Source: Candidatus Poribacteria bacterium
Lineage (GTDB): Bacteria > Poribacteria > WGA-4E > WGA-3G
Assembly (NCBI GenBank): GCA_965205015.1
Contig: OZ242029.1
Location: 2,144,001-2,208,000 of the forward strand
DNA: 64,000 nt
Direction: 5' to 3'
The notes beneath the pieces are model-generated. The model had not been told where the DNA came from. It did not search any database and was given only the letters and a program-made list of their open reading frames with translations. Below, piece after piece: positions 40,096 to 49,975 of the stretch. Position 1 is the stretch's first letter. The number at the start of each line of letters is the position of its first letter. Position numbers and translations under genes: made by a program.

Positions 40096-40126
40096 CTGCG
40101 TTCTTCCGTTTCTACATCCATTTTCG

Positions 40127-41161
40127 TTAGGTGAGCCCTAAATACTTATCCCTGCCTTGTACGAGTGCCTCTATCTTTCGATCCACTACAGAACGTTGGA
40201 GCATCCAAAAACCGCAGTCCGGATGCACCCAGCCAATCCGTCCAGACCCCAACATTTTTTCCGCTGTTTCGATGCTGGCTGCCACCTCATCCGGAGTCTC
40301 AACCGGATTGACCTTTACATCAATCACGCCGATACCGAGGACAATATCTGATCTAATCTCCCTGAGTGCCTCAAGGTCTGCCTTGGGACGATGTTGCAGT
40401 TCTAAAACTAAGTGATCGCACCGGAGCGTGTTCAAGAAGTCCACCAGAGCACGCCAGTTCCCTTTTTGGATGACCTGACCGCCATAGTTGCCAAAGCAGA
40501 AGTGCACCGCTTTCTCTCCACTAAACGCATCAAGGACAATATTAATCGCTTCGGCGGCGCGAGGACCATCTTGTGGGTTACCCGGTATATTCGCCTCATC
40601 AATTTGAAGACACGCACAATCCAGTTCACGGACCTGTGTCGCTAATACTTCTGCCAAAGCGTTCAACAGAGCATCAAAGTCCCCATAATATTTGTCCAAC
40701 AGCGTCCGTGCGAGCATGTAAGGGCTCGTTACCGTAAATTTAATATCCTTTCCAGATACGCTCACTGCGCGCTCGCAATCAGAAACGACGTTTAACGTGC
40801 CTTCTCCCAGGGCATTCTCAACAACCCCTGCCGGTTTCGCACGGAACGACATCGTCTGCATCTGCCGAAAATCATGCCATTCTTGTCTCCCTACGTCCGA
40901 TCTCACGCCAGAAAGCGGACGGATGAAATAATCAATCATTCCGTTCGTATCTGGGTGGTTGGCATCAAAACGATAAAGTTCGCCATCTGTCGGTAGGTCA
41001 ATACCGTGTTGCCGCTGGATGTCTACGACGACCCGCGTCGCATCAAGCAGCGTCTGCTCTGTTGGCATTGACAGGAGCCAGGCGGGAACAGGATAAGAAC
41101 CCACGGTTGTCGTTAAAATTTCTGGTTTTTTTGTTGTATTCTTCACAGATTTAATTTTCAA
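40127..41161 (-). CDS. Cobalamin-independent methionine synthase II family (single-barrel core MetE-like)
   Basis: TTTVGSYP, TDGE, QIDE, HFCFGN, PDCG Zn ligands. Confidence 0.88.
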   Translation of the reverse strand: MKIKSVKNTTKKPEILTTTVGSYPVPAWLLSMPTEQTLLDATRVVVDIQRQHGIDLPTDGELYRFDANHPDTNGMIDYFIRPLSGVRSDVGRQEWHDFRQMQTMSFRAKPAGVVENALGEGTLNVVSDCERAVSVSGKDIKFTVTSPYMLARTLLDKYYGDFDALLNALAEVLATQVRELDCACLQIDEANIPGNPQDGPRAAEAINIVLDAFSGEKAVHFCFGNYGGQVIQKGNWRALVDFLNTLRCDHLVLELQHRPKADLEALREIRSDIVLGIGVIDVKVNPVETPDEVAASIETAEKMLGSGRIGWVHPDCGFWMLQRSVVDRKIEALVQGRDKYLGLT

Positions 41162-42191
41162 CTAATTCAAAGGACTCAAGTTCAAAGACTGTATCGACAG
41201 TCACATCACCTCGAGTCTGCGATTGTGTAAATTTGATAATCCCAACATCCGGAGCGACCCATTTTTTTACGACAGTGATGTCAAGTGGAACATTCTGATT
41301 TTCAATATCGAATCCCCATCGAAAGGATTCTTGAACTTGGAAGACGTGTTCAAAAGTTCCAGCTGGCACCGTCACGGTCTCTTCTGAAATCACCTCAAAT
41401 TCGTCGAGTCCCCCGCCAATCGGAAAGAGTTCAGGGACTAATTGTGCCTGAAAGTTAACCTCCCATCTCTCGCCTGGGATGAGTGGGAATTGGTAGAGTG
41501 GGAGATACGGCACGAACAGAATCGTATCACCTGTGCCGGATGTGGTATTCTGCGCGTGCTGTACAATCGCTGAGACTTCACCCTTTTCATCAAGACTGGG
41601 GCCGAGGTAAGAATAGTTTACAACGTTCTCTAAACCTTCAGCCTTGCTCGATTTTTGGAGGACAAAACTTTCAATGGTTTCCCCACCGGCGCGTTGAATC
41701 TGAATGGTATCCACAATTTCGAAAGTAATCTCAGCACCGCTTGGGTCGCGATAATGCCAAACATTCCCCACAGCCAATGGATAATAGTTTCCGGGACGAG
41801 TCCGCCACACTTGGATATCCAGTGTGCTTCTCGTAGCATTTTCCCCATCGCTTACCGTAACTTCAATCTGGTATTTCCGTTCAATTTCCGGCGCGCGCCA
41901 GAGAGCACCCGAGGCGTTCTCTGTTAACTCACCACCGGTAACCGTCCACGTATATGATAGAGAGTGTCCTTCAATGTCGCCAGCTTCCAGGCGAATTGGC
42001 ACCGCTGCGCCTGGCGAAACTATATTTGATTCTGCTTCAAACACCAGAATGTACGGGGCAACGTTTATGCCGCTGGTTTCATCACCACCGCAACCTACCG
42101 CAACACCAACAAGCAAGAACCAAAGAATTTTCCAGACTGTCGTTACATTTTTCAAGGGCTGAGAGATTTCCCGCGTAAGACTTCCCGACAT
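41151..42191 (-). CDS. Putative lipoprotein with Ig/PKD-like domain
   Basis: AVGC lipobox, DIEGHSLSYTW, YYPLAVGNVW, VTVPAGTF; start uncertain. Confidence 0.7.
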   Translation of the reverse strand: MSGSLTREISQPLKNVTTVWKILWFLLVGVAVGCGGDETSGINVAPYILVFEAESNIVSPGAAVPIRLEAGDIEGHSLSYTWTVTGGELTENASGALWRAPEIERKYQIEVTVSDGENATRSTLDIQVWRTRPGNYYPLAVGNVWHYRDPSGAEITFEIVDTIQIQRAGGETIESFVLQKSSKAEGLENVVNYSYLGPSLDEKGEVSAIVQHAQNTTSGTGDTILFVPYLPLYQFPLIPGERWEVNFQAQLVPELFPIGGGLDEFEVISEETVTVPAGTFEHVFQVQESFRWGFDIENQNVPLDITVVKKWVAPDVGIIKFTQSQTRGDVTVDTVFELESFELVEN

Positions 42192-42892
42192 TGGGTTTCA
42201 CCGTTTCCTGTTACATTGTAAGCGAACGTATTCATCAGCCGGTCGTTCGCTGAATTATTGGGGGCAGAGCCATGAATAATCAGGGCATTAAAAAAGACCC
42301 CGTCCCCCGGTTCCATCTCGACGGCAACAGCGTCTTCTCGTTCTTGATAGTGACCGGGTAGAAACACCCCAAACGTCTGATGTTTCCGTTCGTGCTCTTG
42401 TAAACCCCAATCATGGCTACCGGGTACAAACTGAATGCACCCATTCTCAAGGTTTGCCTCACTGATAGCCAATTGACAATTAATCATAACGGGTTTGTTG
42501 TTATCATTTTTCCAGTAGGCGTAGTCTTGATGCCATGGAATGGCCGTTCCGTCGCCACCGGCTTTTGGAAGTAATTTACTATGATAGAGGGATATGTTTT
42601 CACCCATCAACGCTTCCAATATATCCAACACTGCATCAGAACGAAGCAGACGGTTCAGGGTCGGACTCACCAACTCACTATGCATCAACTGCTTGATACG
42701 CGGCGGGTGGTCCTCCGAATCGTAGACTTCCCAAGAAATTCCAACGCCATCAGCAGGTTGTTCTGCCATACGGTTATGTATATTTTCAACCTCGTCCTGA
42801 ATTCGCGCGATGTCTTCTGAAGAGACAAGCCCTTTTTTCAGGAAATAGCCGTTTTCCACGTAAAACTGCTGTTCTTTACTCGTAAGTCCCAT
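42152..42892 (-). CDS. PhyH family dioxygenase
   Basis: PWHQDYAYW, ENGCIQFVPGSH, HGSAPN. Confidence 0.9.
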   Translation of the reverse strand: MGLTSKEQQFYVENGYFLKKGLVSSEDIARIQDEVENIHNRMAEQPADGVGISWEVYDSEDHPPRIKQLMHSELVSPTLNRLLRSDAVLDILEALMGENISLYHSKLLPKAGGDGTAIPWHQDYAYWKNDNNKPVMINCQLAISEANLENGCIQFVPGSHDWGLQEHERKHQTFGVFLPGHYQEREDAVAVEMEPGDGVFFNALIIHGSAPNNSANDRLMNTFAYNVTGNGETQCREVLRGKSLSP

Positions 42893-43196
42893 ACGATTTC
42901 TCCTTGATGCCATTTAGCACACCAACGTTCAGACTTTGGCACACCAAACTATATGGTACCGATTTCGCCTCCCAAATAAAGTGTGCTATTAAAGTATACA
43001 CCAAGTGTTCGGAAAAATCAAGCGTTTTCATTTCTCTATTTACTTAAACGCGCGCCGGCAAAAAAAGGTTTACTTCTGTTACAAATCTTGTTAAAATATT
43101 ATAATCTGAGTTGCTACCTAACGAATTATAGACGTTTGAATAGGTTTCAAACCCTCTCTTCACCCTGTAGGGGTGATATATCTATAGAGAAATGAT

Positions 43197-43550
43197 ATGG
43201 ATTATACGCTTGAAAATTGTCAAAAACTCGTGGACGACTGGATTCACACCTTTGGGGTCCGCTATTTTTCAGAGTTAACCAATACCACTATTCTCATGGA
43301 AGAAGTCGGCGAATTAGCACGAATTATGGCACGTCAGTATGGTGAACAGAGTTTCAAGGAGAATGAGAAAGACTTGGACCTTGGTGAAGAAATGGCTGAT
43401 ATCCTTTTCGTACTTATCTGTCTCGCAAATCAAACAGGGGTCAAACTTGAGGACGCCTTCAAAAAGTCAATGGAAAAAAAGACGCGTCGAGATAAAGAAC
43501 GGCACAGCGAAAACCCTAAACTTTCGGAAAACCGAGGATCAGATACCTAA
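43197..43550 (+). CDS. MazG-like nucleotide pyrophosphohydrolase (YpjD-like)
   Basis: LMEEVGELAR, EEMADILFVLICLANQTG. Confidence 0.92.
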   Translation: MDYTLENCQKLVDDWIHTFGVRYFSELTNTTILMEEVGELARIMARQYGEQSFKENEKDLDLGEEMADILFVLICLANQTGVKLEDAFKKSMEKKTRRDKERHSENPKLSENRGSDT

Positions 43551-43569
43551 CCGCCGAAGGAGATGGACA

Positions 43570-46299
43570 ATGATGCTCCATAGAGGCAACCTACTTTTAA
43601 TCTTAAGCCTGCTTGTTATCATCGGTGGATGTGCAATTTTCCAAAAAAGTCCATCGACGCCGGTAATAGTTGATCCACTCGTTGAACGGAATCGCGAGTG
43701 GCGCGAGCAGGTTGAAATTGGCAATACTGAACTACAACGCAAAAACTTGCGCGCCGCGCTTACGGCTTATGAAACCGCTATTGCAATTCATCCGGACGCA
43801 AGCGAAGTACGACGCAAAATCGCTGAGATATATTTCCAACTCCAAGAGTACGAAAACGCAAGAGACGCATTTGTAGCATTTTTAGCACTCGAACCGAAAA
43901 ATATCGCAGCGCTGAACTATGCCGGATACATCTCTGAAAAATTGCAGGATTATGCGGCAGCCGCTGAATACTATGAGCGGGTCCTTAATGTTTCGGTGGA
44001 TAACCTCTACGCCTTGAATCACCTCGGTTTAGCCTACAAGCAGCTCCAACGTTTCGACGAAGCGATTGAAGTGCTCCATGCGGCATTGTCTTTTGATCCG
44101 AGATGTGAGCGTCCCGAAAGCGAAAACTTGCACAACTACTTGGGGTTAATTTACTTAGAGCGCGGTGAAATTGGTGAAGCCATTGCAGAACTACGGGAAT
44201 CGATTCGGTTATTTCCTAACGATATCTGGGCAAAGGAGCAACTCGCTACACTTTATGAGAACCAAAAACGTTATTTTGAAGCGCAGCTCCAATACCGACA
44301 GATTTTGGAAATTGATCCAGACAATCTCCTTGCCTTAACGCGGCTCCAAGCACTCGCCCAGCAGAACCTTGGTCCGATGGAGATTGTTGATGTGCCGCCT
44401 GTTACGCTTCTCGATCCGGATGTTGAACACATTATCGCGAATGCACCAGACGCAGGCGACTATCCTGATGCTGATACCTTAGTCCTCTTCAACCATTTCA
44501 GCCACGATGTTCTACCGACCGGACAGTCCCGCTATACAACGCATCAAGTCGTTAAAATTCTCACCGAAAGAGGCATCCAAAAATACGGTGATATCGCCAT
44601 TCCTTATCAACCCGCTGCGCAAAACATCGGTGTTAATATAGCAAGAACAATTACTGTGGACGGCACGGTGCTGCACCCTCCCACTGAAGCGTTTAACGAT
44701 GCAACACCACCGGGGTTATTGTCCCAAAATCTGTATTCCGACGCAATGTGGAAGGTCATCTCAATGGTCGGTCTCACACCAGGGGTCTGCATTGAGTACC
44801 AGGTAACACTTGAGGACAAAGTCCCTGGGGGCGAGACATGGATCACAGGGGGATACAACTTCCAAGCGACAGAGGCGACACTTCAGACGAGTTACGCCCT
44901 TCAAATGCCCAGTACGTGGCATCTTCAATGGAAAATTGCGAACGATACGTCAAATACAAACGCGCAGGAACCTGAGGTGTCCTACACAGAAAACGACACT
45001 GTTGTGTATATTTGGCGGTACGGCGAAACGCCCGCACTCACAATAGAGGAAGGCATGCCACATATTAATGACATCGCTCCGCGCTTGCGCTACTCTTCTA
45101 TTGCTAACTGGAACGATGTTTACATGTGGTATAAAGCACTCGCGAAAGGGAGATACACGCCGGATGCTAAAATCGAGGACAAAGTCCACCAGTTAACCCA
45201 GAATCTGACGACAGAAGCGGCAAAAATACGCGCGATCTACCATTTTGTCGCCACAAATATCCGTTACGTTGGTATTGAACTTGGGCAGAGTGCATATCAA
45301 CCCTCGCCTGCCGCTGAAGTCTTTCAAATGCAATACGGCGATTGCAAGGATAAAACAACGCTCCTGATTTCAATGTTAGATCTGGTGGGGATCAAGGCTT
45401 ACCCGGTTTTGATGAGCAGTGCACCCTACGAGCGGGTTGACACAACACTCCCCGCACTTAACCAATTTAATCACATGATCGCCGCAATCCCCACCGGAGC
45501 AAATGCTTATATTTGGTTAGATCCCTCCTCAGCGACGTGTAGCTACGGGGACCTCCCTTATAACGTACAAGGACGCACAGGATTTCTCATTTCCGACACA
45601 TACGGTGAATTTGTGGAAACCCCTGTTTTCCCATTCGACTCTAATAGACTTGTGAGCATGACAGATATAGCCCTAAACAACCAAGGCACTGTAGAAGGGA
45701 CACTCCACATTCAGACGAGCGGACAATATGACCTAAATACACGGTGGGCATATCAACAGATACAGCCTCGCGCCGTGAAAACCTCTTTGGCGACTGAACT
45801 CAGCCAACAATTTCCCGGTATTCAGATAGTATGGCACGAGATGTCCGACCTCAATGACCTCAATGTACCGGTGGAAATTAGGCTCGGCTTTCGCGTTGAG
45901 AATTACGCAACACCTTTACGCAACAACATGTTGATGCCTTTACCAATTGATGAATTTGGGGAGTACGCTGAGGCGTTTGCTAATGACCGACGCGTCTATT
46001 CATTGGACTTCGGTTATCCAACGCAAGTTGAGAAAACGATTCGTATCCAGATTCCAGATGGATGGAGTGCCGCTCTACCGGAAGACAGTCATCATACTAT
46101 GGAGAGCGCGGAATTTACTCGACAGTATCGGCAGGTTGAGAATATCATTACCTATCGACTTCTGTTTACTCTTAAAGATAGGGTTCTCCCAGCAGTCGCA
46201 TATCCAGCGGCAAAATTGCTTTTTACTTCGCTTGCGAGTGAAGATGGCAGTCATTTGCTGCTAAATATGGGGAGTTACAGTCGCATGTCAAAACGGTAA
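43570..46299 (+). CDS. Lipoprotein with TPR repeats, DUF3857 and transglutaminase-like domains
   Basis: IGGC lipobox; TPR repeats; YGDCKDK, FNHMI, WLDP triad. Confidence 0.85.
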   Translation: MMLHRGNLLLILSLLVIIGGCAIFQKSPSTPVIVDPLVERNREWREQVEIGNTELQRKNLRAALTAYETAIAIHPDASEVRRKIAEIYFQLQEYENARDAFVAFLALEPKNIAALNYAGYISEKLQDYAAAAEYYERVLNVSVDNLYALNHLGLAYKQLQRFDEAIEVLHAALSFDPRCERPESENLHNYLGLIYLERGEIGEAIAELRESIRLFPNDIWAKEQLATLYENQKRYFEAQLQYRQILEIDPDNLLALTRLQALAQQNLGPMEIVDVPPVTLLDPDVEHIIANAPDAGDYPDADTLVLFNHFSHDVLPTGQSRYTTHQVVKILTERGIQKYGDIAIPYQPAAQNIGVNIARTITVDGTVLHPPTEAFNDATPPGLLSQNLYSDAMWKVISMVGLTPGVCIEYQVTLEDKVPGGETWITGGYNFQATEATLQTSYALQMPSTWHLQWKIANDTSNTNAQEPEVSYTENDTVVYIWRYGETPALTIEEGMPHINDIAPRLRYSSIANWNDVYMWYKALAKGRYTPDAKIEDKVHQLTQNLTTEAAKIRAIYHFVATNIRYVGIELGQSAYQPSPAAEVFQMQYGDCKDKTTLLISMLDLVGIKAYPVLMSSAPYERVDTTLPALNQFNHMIAAIPTGANAYIWLDPSSATCSYGDLPYNVQGRTGFLISDTYGEFVETPVFPFDSNRLVSMTDIALNNQGTVEGTLHIQTSGQYDLNTRWAYQQIQPRAVKTSLATELSQQFPGIQIVWHEMSDLNDLNVPVEIRLGFRVENYATPLRNNMLMPLPIDEFGEYAEAFANDRRVYSLDFGYPTQVEKTIRIQIPDGWSAALPEDSHHTMESAEFTRQYRQVENIITYRLLFTLKDRVLPAVAYPAAKLLFTSLASEDGSHLLLNMGSYSRMSKR

Positions 46300-46325
46300 T
46301 AACTCTCTGGTCATTTCCAGTCCCG

Positions 46326-46350
46326 GTAGGTGCGGTTTCTAACCGCACCT
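46326..46350. repeat. GTAG REP-like hairpin between convergent genes
   Basis: gtaggtgcggtt-tct-aaccgcacct. Confidence 0.65.
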
Positions 46351-46365
46351 GATCGCCAGAAAGGG

Positions 46366-46968
46366 TCAACCCTTGACGTATTTCCAACCATCAACCAAGA
46401 CAGGAAGCCCGCGAATTAGGCACATCGCAACAACCACTGTAGATAGAATCACGCCTGCCAATTCCAGTCCGATGATCATTTCCGGGAAGGCACCTGAGTT
46501 TTTGAAGGCAATGACACCACCGAGATAAAGAAAGGCGAGGGTTTTCATAATACCATAAACACCACGGCTCGCCCGTGAACTGGTAAGCGCACGGGTCCAT
46601 TTCGAGGACATCATCGTGTTTTCACCAAAGGCGGTTTTGCCTTCCGCAAAGGCGGCACTCCGCAAACCATCTGTGAAAAAGCCACGGGCAATCACGATAA
46701 CTGGAATCCAGAACGGAATTAAACCCACAACGGCGAAGTATACCCAGAAGATACATTCGACAATCCGATCGCCAACTATGTCGAATAACGCACCAAAATC
46801 AGAAGTCTGATTCAGGCGTCGAGCGACGTAACCGTCAACCGCATCAAGAAATAGGATTAGACCTATGAGTCCCACGAGCAGAATGTCTAAATAAACGTGA
46901 ACACCAAAGAGGGAGATCACAACAAAAACCAATATCAGACGGAAGAGTGTAATCAAATTTGCAATCAT
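46366..46968 (-). CDS. CDP-alcohol phosphatidyltransferase (PgsA-like)
   Basis: ANLITLFR, DAVDGYVAR..SDFGALFDIVGDR. Confidence 0.9.
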   Translation of the reverse strand: MIANLITLFRLILVFVVISLFGVHVYLDILLVGLIGLILFLDAVDGYVARRLNQTSDFGALFDIVGDRIVECIFWVYFAVVGLIPFWIPVIVIARGFFTDGLRSAAFAEGKTAFGENTMMSSKWTRALTSSRASRGVYGIMKTLAFLYLGGVIAFKNSGAFPEMIIGLELAGVILSTVVVAMCLIRGLPVLVDGWKYVKG

Positions 46969-47119
46969 TTTTTTACCTCCGGAAATCTGTGGGCATTTAT
47001 GAGTCTCTGTGATTTTCAGGTTAAGTATATTTTTTCAAGTGGCACTCCTCTAATTAATAGTAACATACCGTATCACCAAAAGCAACACCAATTTTGCAAA
47101 CGAAAGGAATACTTATTCG

Positions 47120-48730
47120 ATGGATCAAAATAGAAAACCGAACATCGTCCTCATCCTGAACGATGATATGGGCTTTTCTGACTTAGGTTGCTACGGCGGC
47201 GAAGTTCACACCCCGAATCTGGATCGGCTTGCCGCAGGCGGGCTGAGGTTCACACAATTTTACAACACCGCCCGTTGTTGTCCATCCCGTGCTTCCATGC
47301 TTACCGGGCTACACCCGCACCAAACTGGGGTCGGACACATGATGGGCGATGATGGATTAGAAGGCTACCGTGGCGACTTGAACGATCGCTGTATCACGAT
47401 TGCTGATGCCGTCCGTTCGGAGGGTTACGGCACCTATATGAGCGGAAAGTGGCATATCTCTCGGCATGCCGGCGCTGATGGACCTAAGCATAGTTGGCCC
47501 TGCCAGCGGGGGTTTGACCAATACTACGGTATTATCACCGGTGCCGCAAATTTTTGGAAACCGAACACGCTGACGCGCGATAACACACGCATCCGACACA
47601 ACGAACTCCCTGAAGGTTACTTCCTCACAGATGCTATCAGCGACGAAGCAACGACCTTTATCCGCAATCACACCGAAAAGAACCCCGACAGTCCGTTTTT
47701 CACCTACGTCGCTTACACGGCACCGCATTGGCCCCTGCATGCCCACGAAGAAGACATCGCCACCTACGATGGACGTTTCGCTGCCGGATGGGACGAACTC
47801 CGAGAGGAAAGACTCTCGCGGATGCGGGAGATGAAGATTTTGGATGAAGCATGGCAACTTACGGCGCGCGATCCCTCACAGCCGCCTTGGCGCGAAGCCC
47901 AATACAAGGAATGGAATCAACGCCGTATGGAGGTTTACGCCGCGCAAATCACCCGTATGGATGCAGGTATCGGAAAAATTATCAATACGTTGGAAGAAAC
48001 GGGTGAACTCGACAACACGCTCATCCTGTTTTTAGCCGATAACGGCGGTTGCGCCGAAGAACTCGGAGGACCACCCGCAATACGCGACAGCGATTCACTC
48101 ATCAGTACTGAGACGACCTCCGATGGACAACCCATCTATCGTGGCAACGATCCGAGCATCATGCCCGGTCCCGAGACCACCTATCAAAGTTACGGGGTGC
48201 CGTGGGCAAATCTCTCCAATACGCCGTTCCGAGAATACAAACATTGGGTGCATGAAGGCGGTATCGCTACGCCACTGATTGCCCATTGGCCAGATGCTAT
48301 AAAGTCGGCGGGAGAGTTGCGCCATCAACCCGGACAATTGACGGACATCATGGCGACATGTCTTGAAGCTTCAGGGGCAACCTACCCTGAAGAACACGAC
48401 GGGAAACCAATTTTGCCGTTAGAAGGGACAAGCTTAGTACCGATTTTCGATGGGAAGGATAACGGGAAAGAGGTGCTTTATTGGGAACACGAAGGCAATT
48501 GTGCAGTCCGTCAAGATAAATGGAAACTCGTCTGCAAGTTCCCCGGCGATTGGGAACTCTACGACGTGGAAGCCGAGCGGACAGAGATCAACGATCTCGC
48601 TGCTCAGCATCCGCAAAAACTAAATGAACTTGTTGGGCTTTACCGTGACTGGGCAGATCGTTGTTTCATCTATCCCTGGGATCGGCTCCAAGAGAAACGC
48701 AGACAGCAACGGAACACGTCTGAACTATGA
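47120..48730 (+). CDS. Arylsulfatase (Cys-type)
   Basis: DDMG, CCPSRASMLTG, GKWH, APHWP. Confidence 0.93.
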   Translation: MDQNRKPNIVLILNDDMGFSDLGCYGGEVHTPNLDRLAAGGLRFTQFYNTARCCPSRASMLTGLHPHQTGVGHMMGDDGLEGYRGDLNDRCITIADAVRSEGYGTYMSGKWHISRHAGADGPKHSWPCQRGFDQYYGIITGAANFWKPNTLTRDNTRIRHNELPEGYFLTDAISDEATTFIRNHTEKNPDSPFFTYVAYTAPHWPLHAHEEDIATYDGRFAAGWDELREERLSRMREMKILDEAWQLTARDPSQPPWREAQYKEWNQRRMEVYAAQITRMDAGIGKIINTLEETGELDNTLILFLADNGGCAEELGGPPAIRDSDSLISTETTSDGQPIYRGNDPSIMPGPETTYQSYGVPWANLSNTPFREYKHWVHEGGIATPLIAHWPDAIKSAGELRHQPGQLTDIMATCLEASGATYPEEHDGKPILPLEGTSLVPIFDGKDNGKEVLYWEHEGNCAVRQDKWKLVCKFPGDWELYDVEAERTEINDLAAQHPQKLNELVGLYRDWADRCFIYPWDRLQEKRRQQRNTSEL

Positions 48731-48779
48731 TAGGACTTACGCATGTTACGCTTTTGTAGCATAACCTGTTAGGTTGTGC
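48730..48779. repeat. ATAGGACTTACGCA motif plus GTAG hairpin
   Basis: ataggacttacgca; gcataacct-gtt-aggttgtgc. Confidence 0.45.
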
Positions 48780-48846
48780 CACGCGCGCGAAGACCAATCC
48801 TAATCATGGTAAATCAGATAAATCACAAAAAATCGCGGGTCAAAAA

Positions 48847-49941
48847 CTAAGCACACGGTAGCATCTTCAAACAGACCGGTGTCGGGACCTCTGCTACGGC
48901 TCCTGTCGCATTTAATTCACCCGTTTCGGCGTCAATTGCGAATGTAACAACCGTGTCGGTCTGCTGGTTAGCAGCAAAGAGGAAGGTCCCTTCCGGATTC
49001 AACCCAAAGTTTCGCGGGGTCTGACCTTGCGTTGATTCATAACCGATGGGAGTCAGCATTCCGGTCTCTGAATCAATTGTGCAAATCGCAATGCTATCAT
49101 GTCCTCGGTTCGATCCATACAAGAATTTCCCAGAAGGATGGACGTGAATATCGGCACAATGACTGGTGCCATCGAAATCGTCAGGAAGCGTTGAGACTGT
49201 CTGGAATTCAGCCAGCCTGCCAGCACTCGCGTCGTACCGAAAAGCGGTGAAAGTAGAATCTATCTCGTTAATCACGTATGCATATTGTCCGTTCGGATGA
49301 AAATCGAAATGCCGCGGTCCTGCACCCGGTTGCACACGTACCCACGGTTGCATATGAGGCGTGAGCGTTCCGTTTGCTGCATCTAATTGATAGATGAGAA
49401 CTTTATCAAGTCCCAAGTCAGGTGAGAAAGCATAACGATTGCCCGGAGCTATCATAATCGCGTGTGCGTGGGGTTCCATCTGCCGTTGCGGATTGATGCT
49501 GGATCCCTCATGCTGCACAAAATCAGAGGCTTCACCGAGCCTGCCATCCGACCCTATGGGGAAAGCCGTAACGCTTCCACCCCCGTAGTTTGCTACAAGC
49601 AGGCACTTACCGGTAGCATCCACACTCAAATGACACGGGGCACCACCGCCGGTGGCACGTTGATTGAGATAACTAATCTCCCCTGTCTCTTTATGGATGT
49701 AAAACGCCGTGACCGCACCACTATCTTCGCCTTCAAACTCGCCCAACTCGTTGACGGCATAGAGATACTGTCCACTCGGATGTATCTCCAAAAAAGACGG
49801 ATTCTCAATGCCTGTCATTTTGCTACTATATTCCAAGGCACCCGTCGCTCCGTCTAAGCGGTAGACGTAGATCCCTTCGCTATCTCCTTGTGTGTAGGTG
49901 CCGACATAAACGAAATAGTCTTGGCTTTTCTGTTGCGCCAT
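48847..49941 (-). CDS. pgl: 6-phosphogluconolactonase (beta-propeller lactonase family)
   Basis: YVGTYT, ANYGGG, PHAH, GPRH, SNRGHDS, PRNF. Confidence 0.88.
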   Translation of the reverse strand: MAQQKSQDYFVYVGTYTQGDSEGIYVYRLDGATGALEYSSKMTGIENPSFLEIHPSGQYLYAVNELGEFEGEDSGAVTAFYIHKETGEISYLNQRATGGGAPCHLSVDATGKCLLVANYGGGSVTAFPIGSDGRLGEASDFVQHEGSSINPQRQMEPHAHAIMIAPGNRYAFSPDLGLDKVLIYQLDAANGTLTPHMQPWVRVQPGAGPRHFDFHPNGQYAYVINEIDSTFTAFRYDASAGRLAEFQTVSTLPDDFDGTSHCADIHVHPSGKFLYGSNRGHDSIAICTIDSETGMLTPIGYESTQGQTPRNFGLNPEGTFLFAANQQTDTVVTFAIDAETGELNATGAVAEVPTPVCLKMLPCA

Positions 49942-49975
49942 TATCTGAAATCTCCTTATTCAATAAATTAAAAAC

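Noticed and set aside
43197-43550. MazG as an anti-phage defence component
   Set aside because: Looks like the ordinary housekeeping YpjD-like family, with no defence genes adjacent
43339-43569. N-terminal extension of the TPR/transglutaminase ORF overlapping mazG
   Set aside because: The lipoprotein signal begins at ATG 43570; the upstream part is an open-frame artefact
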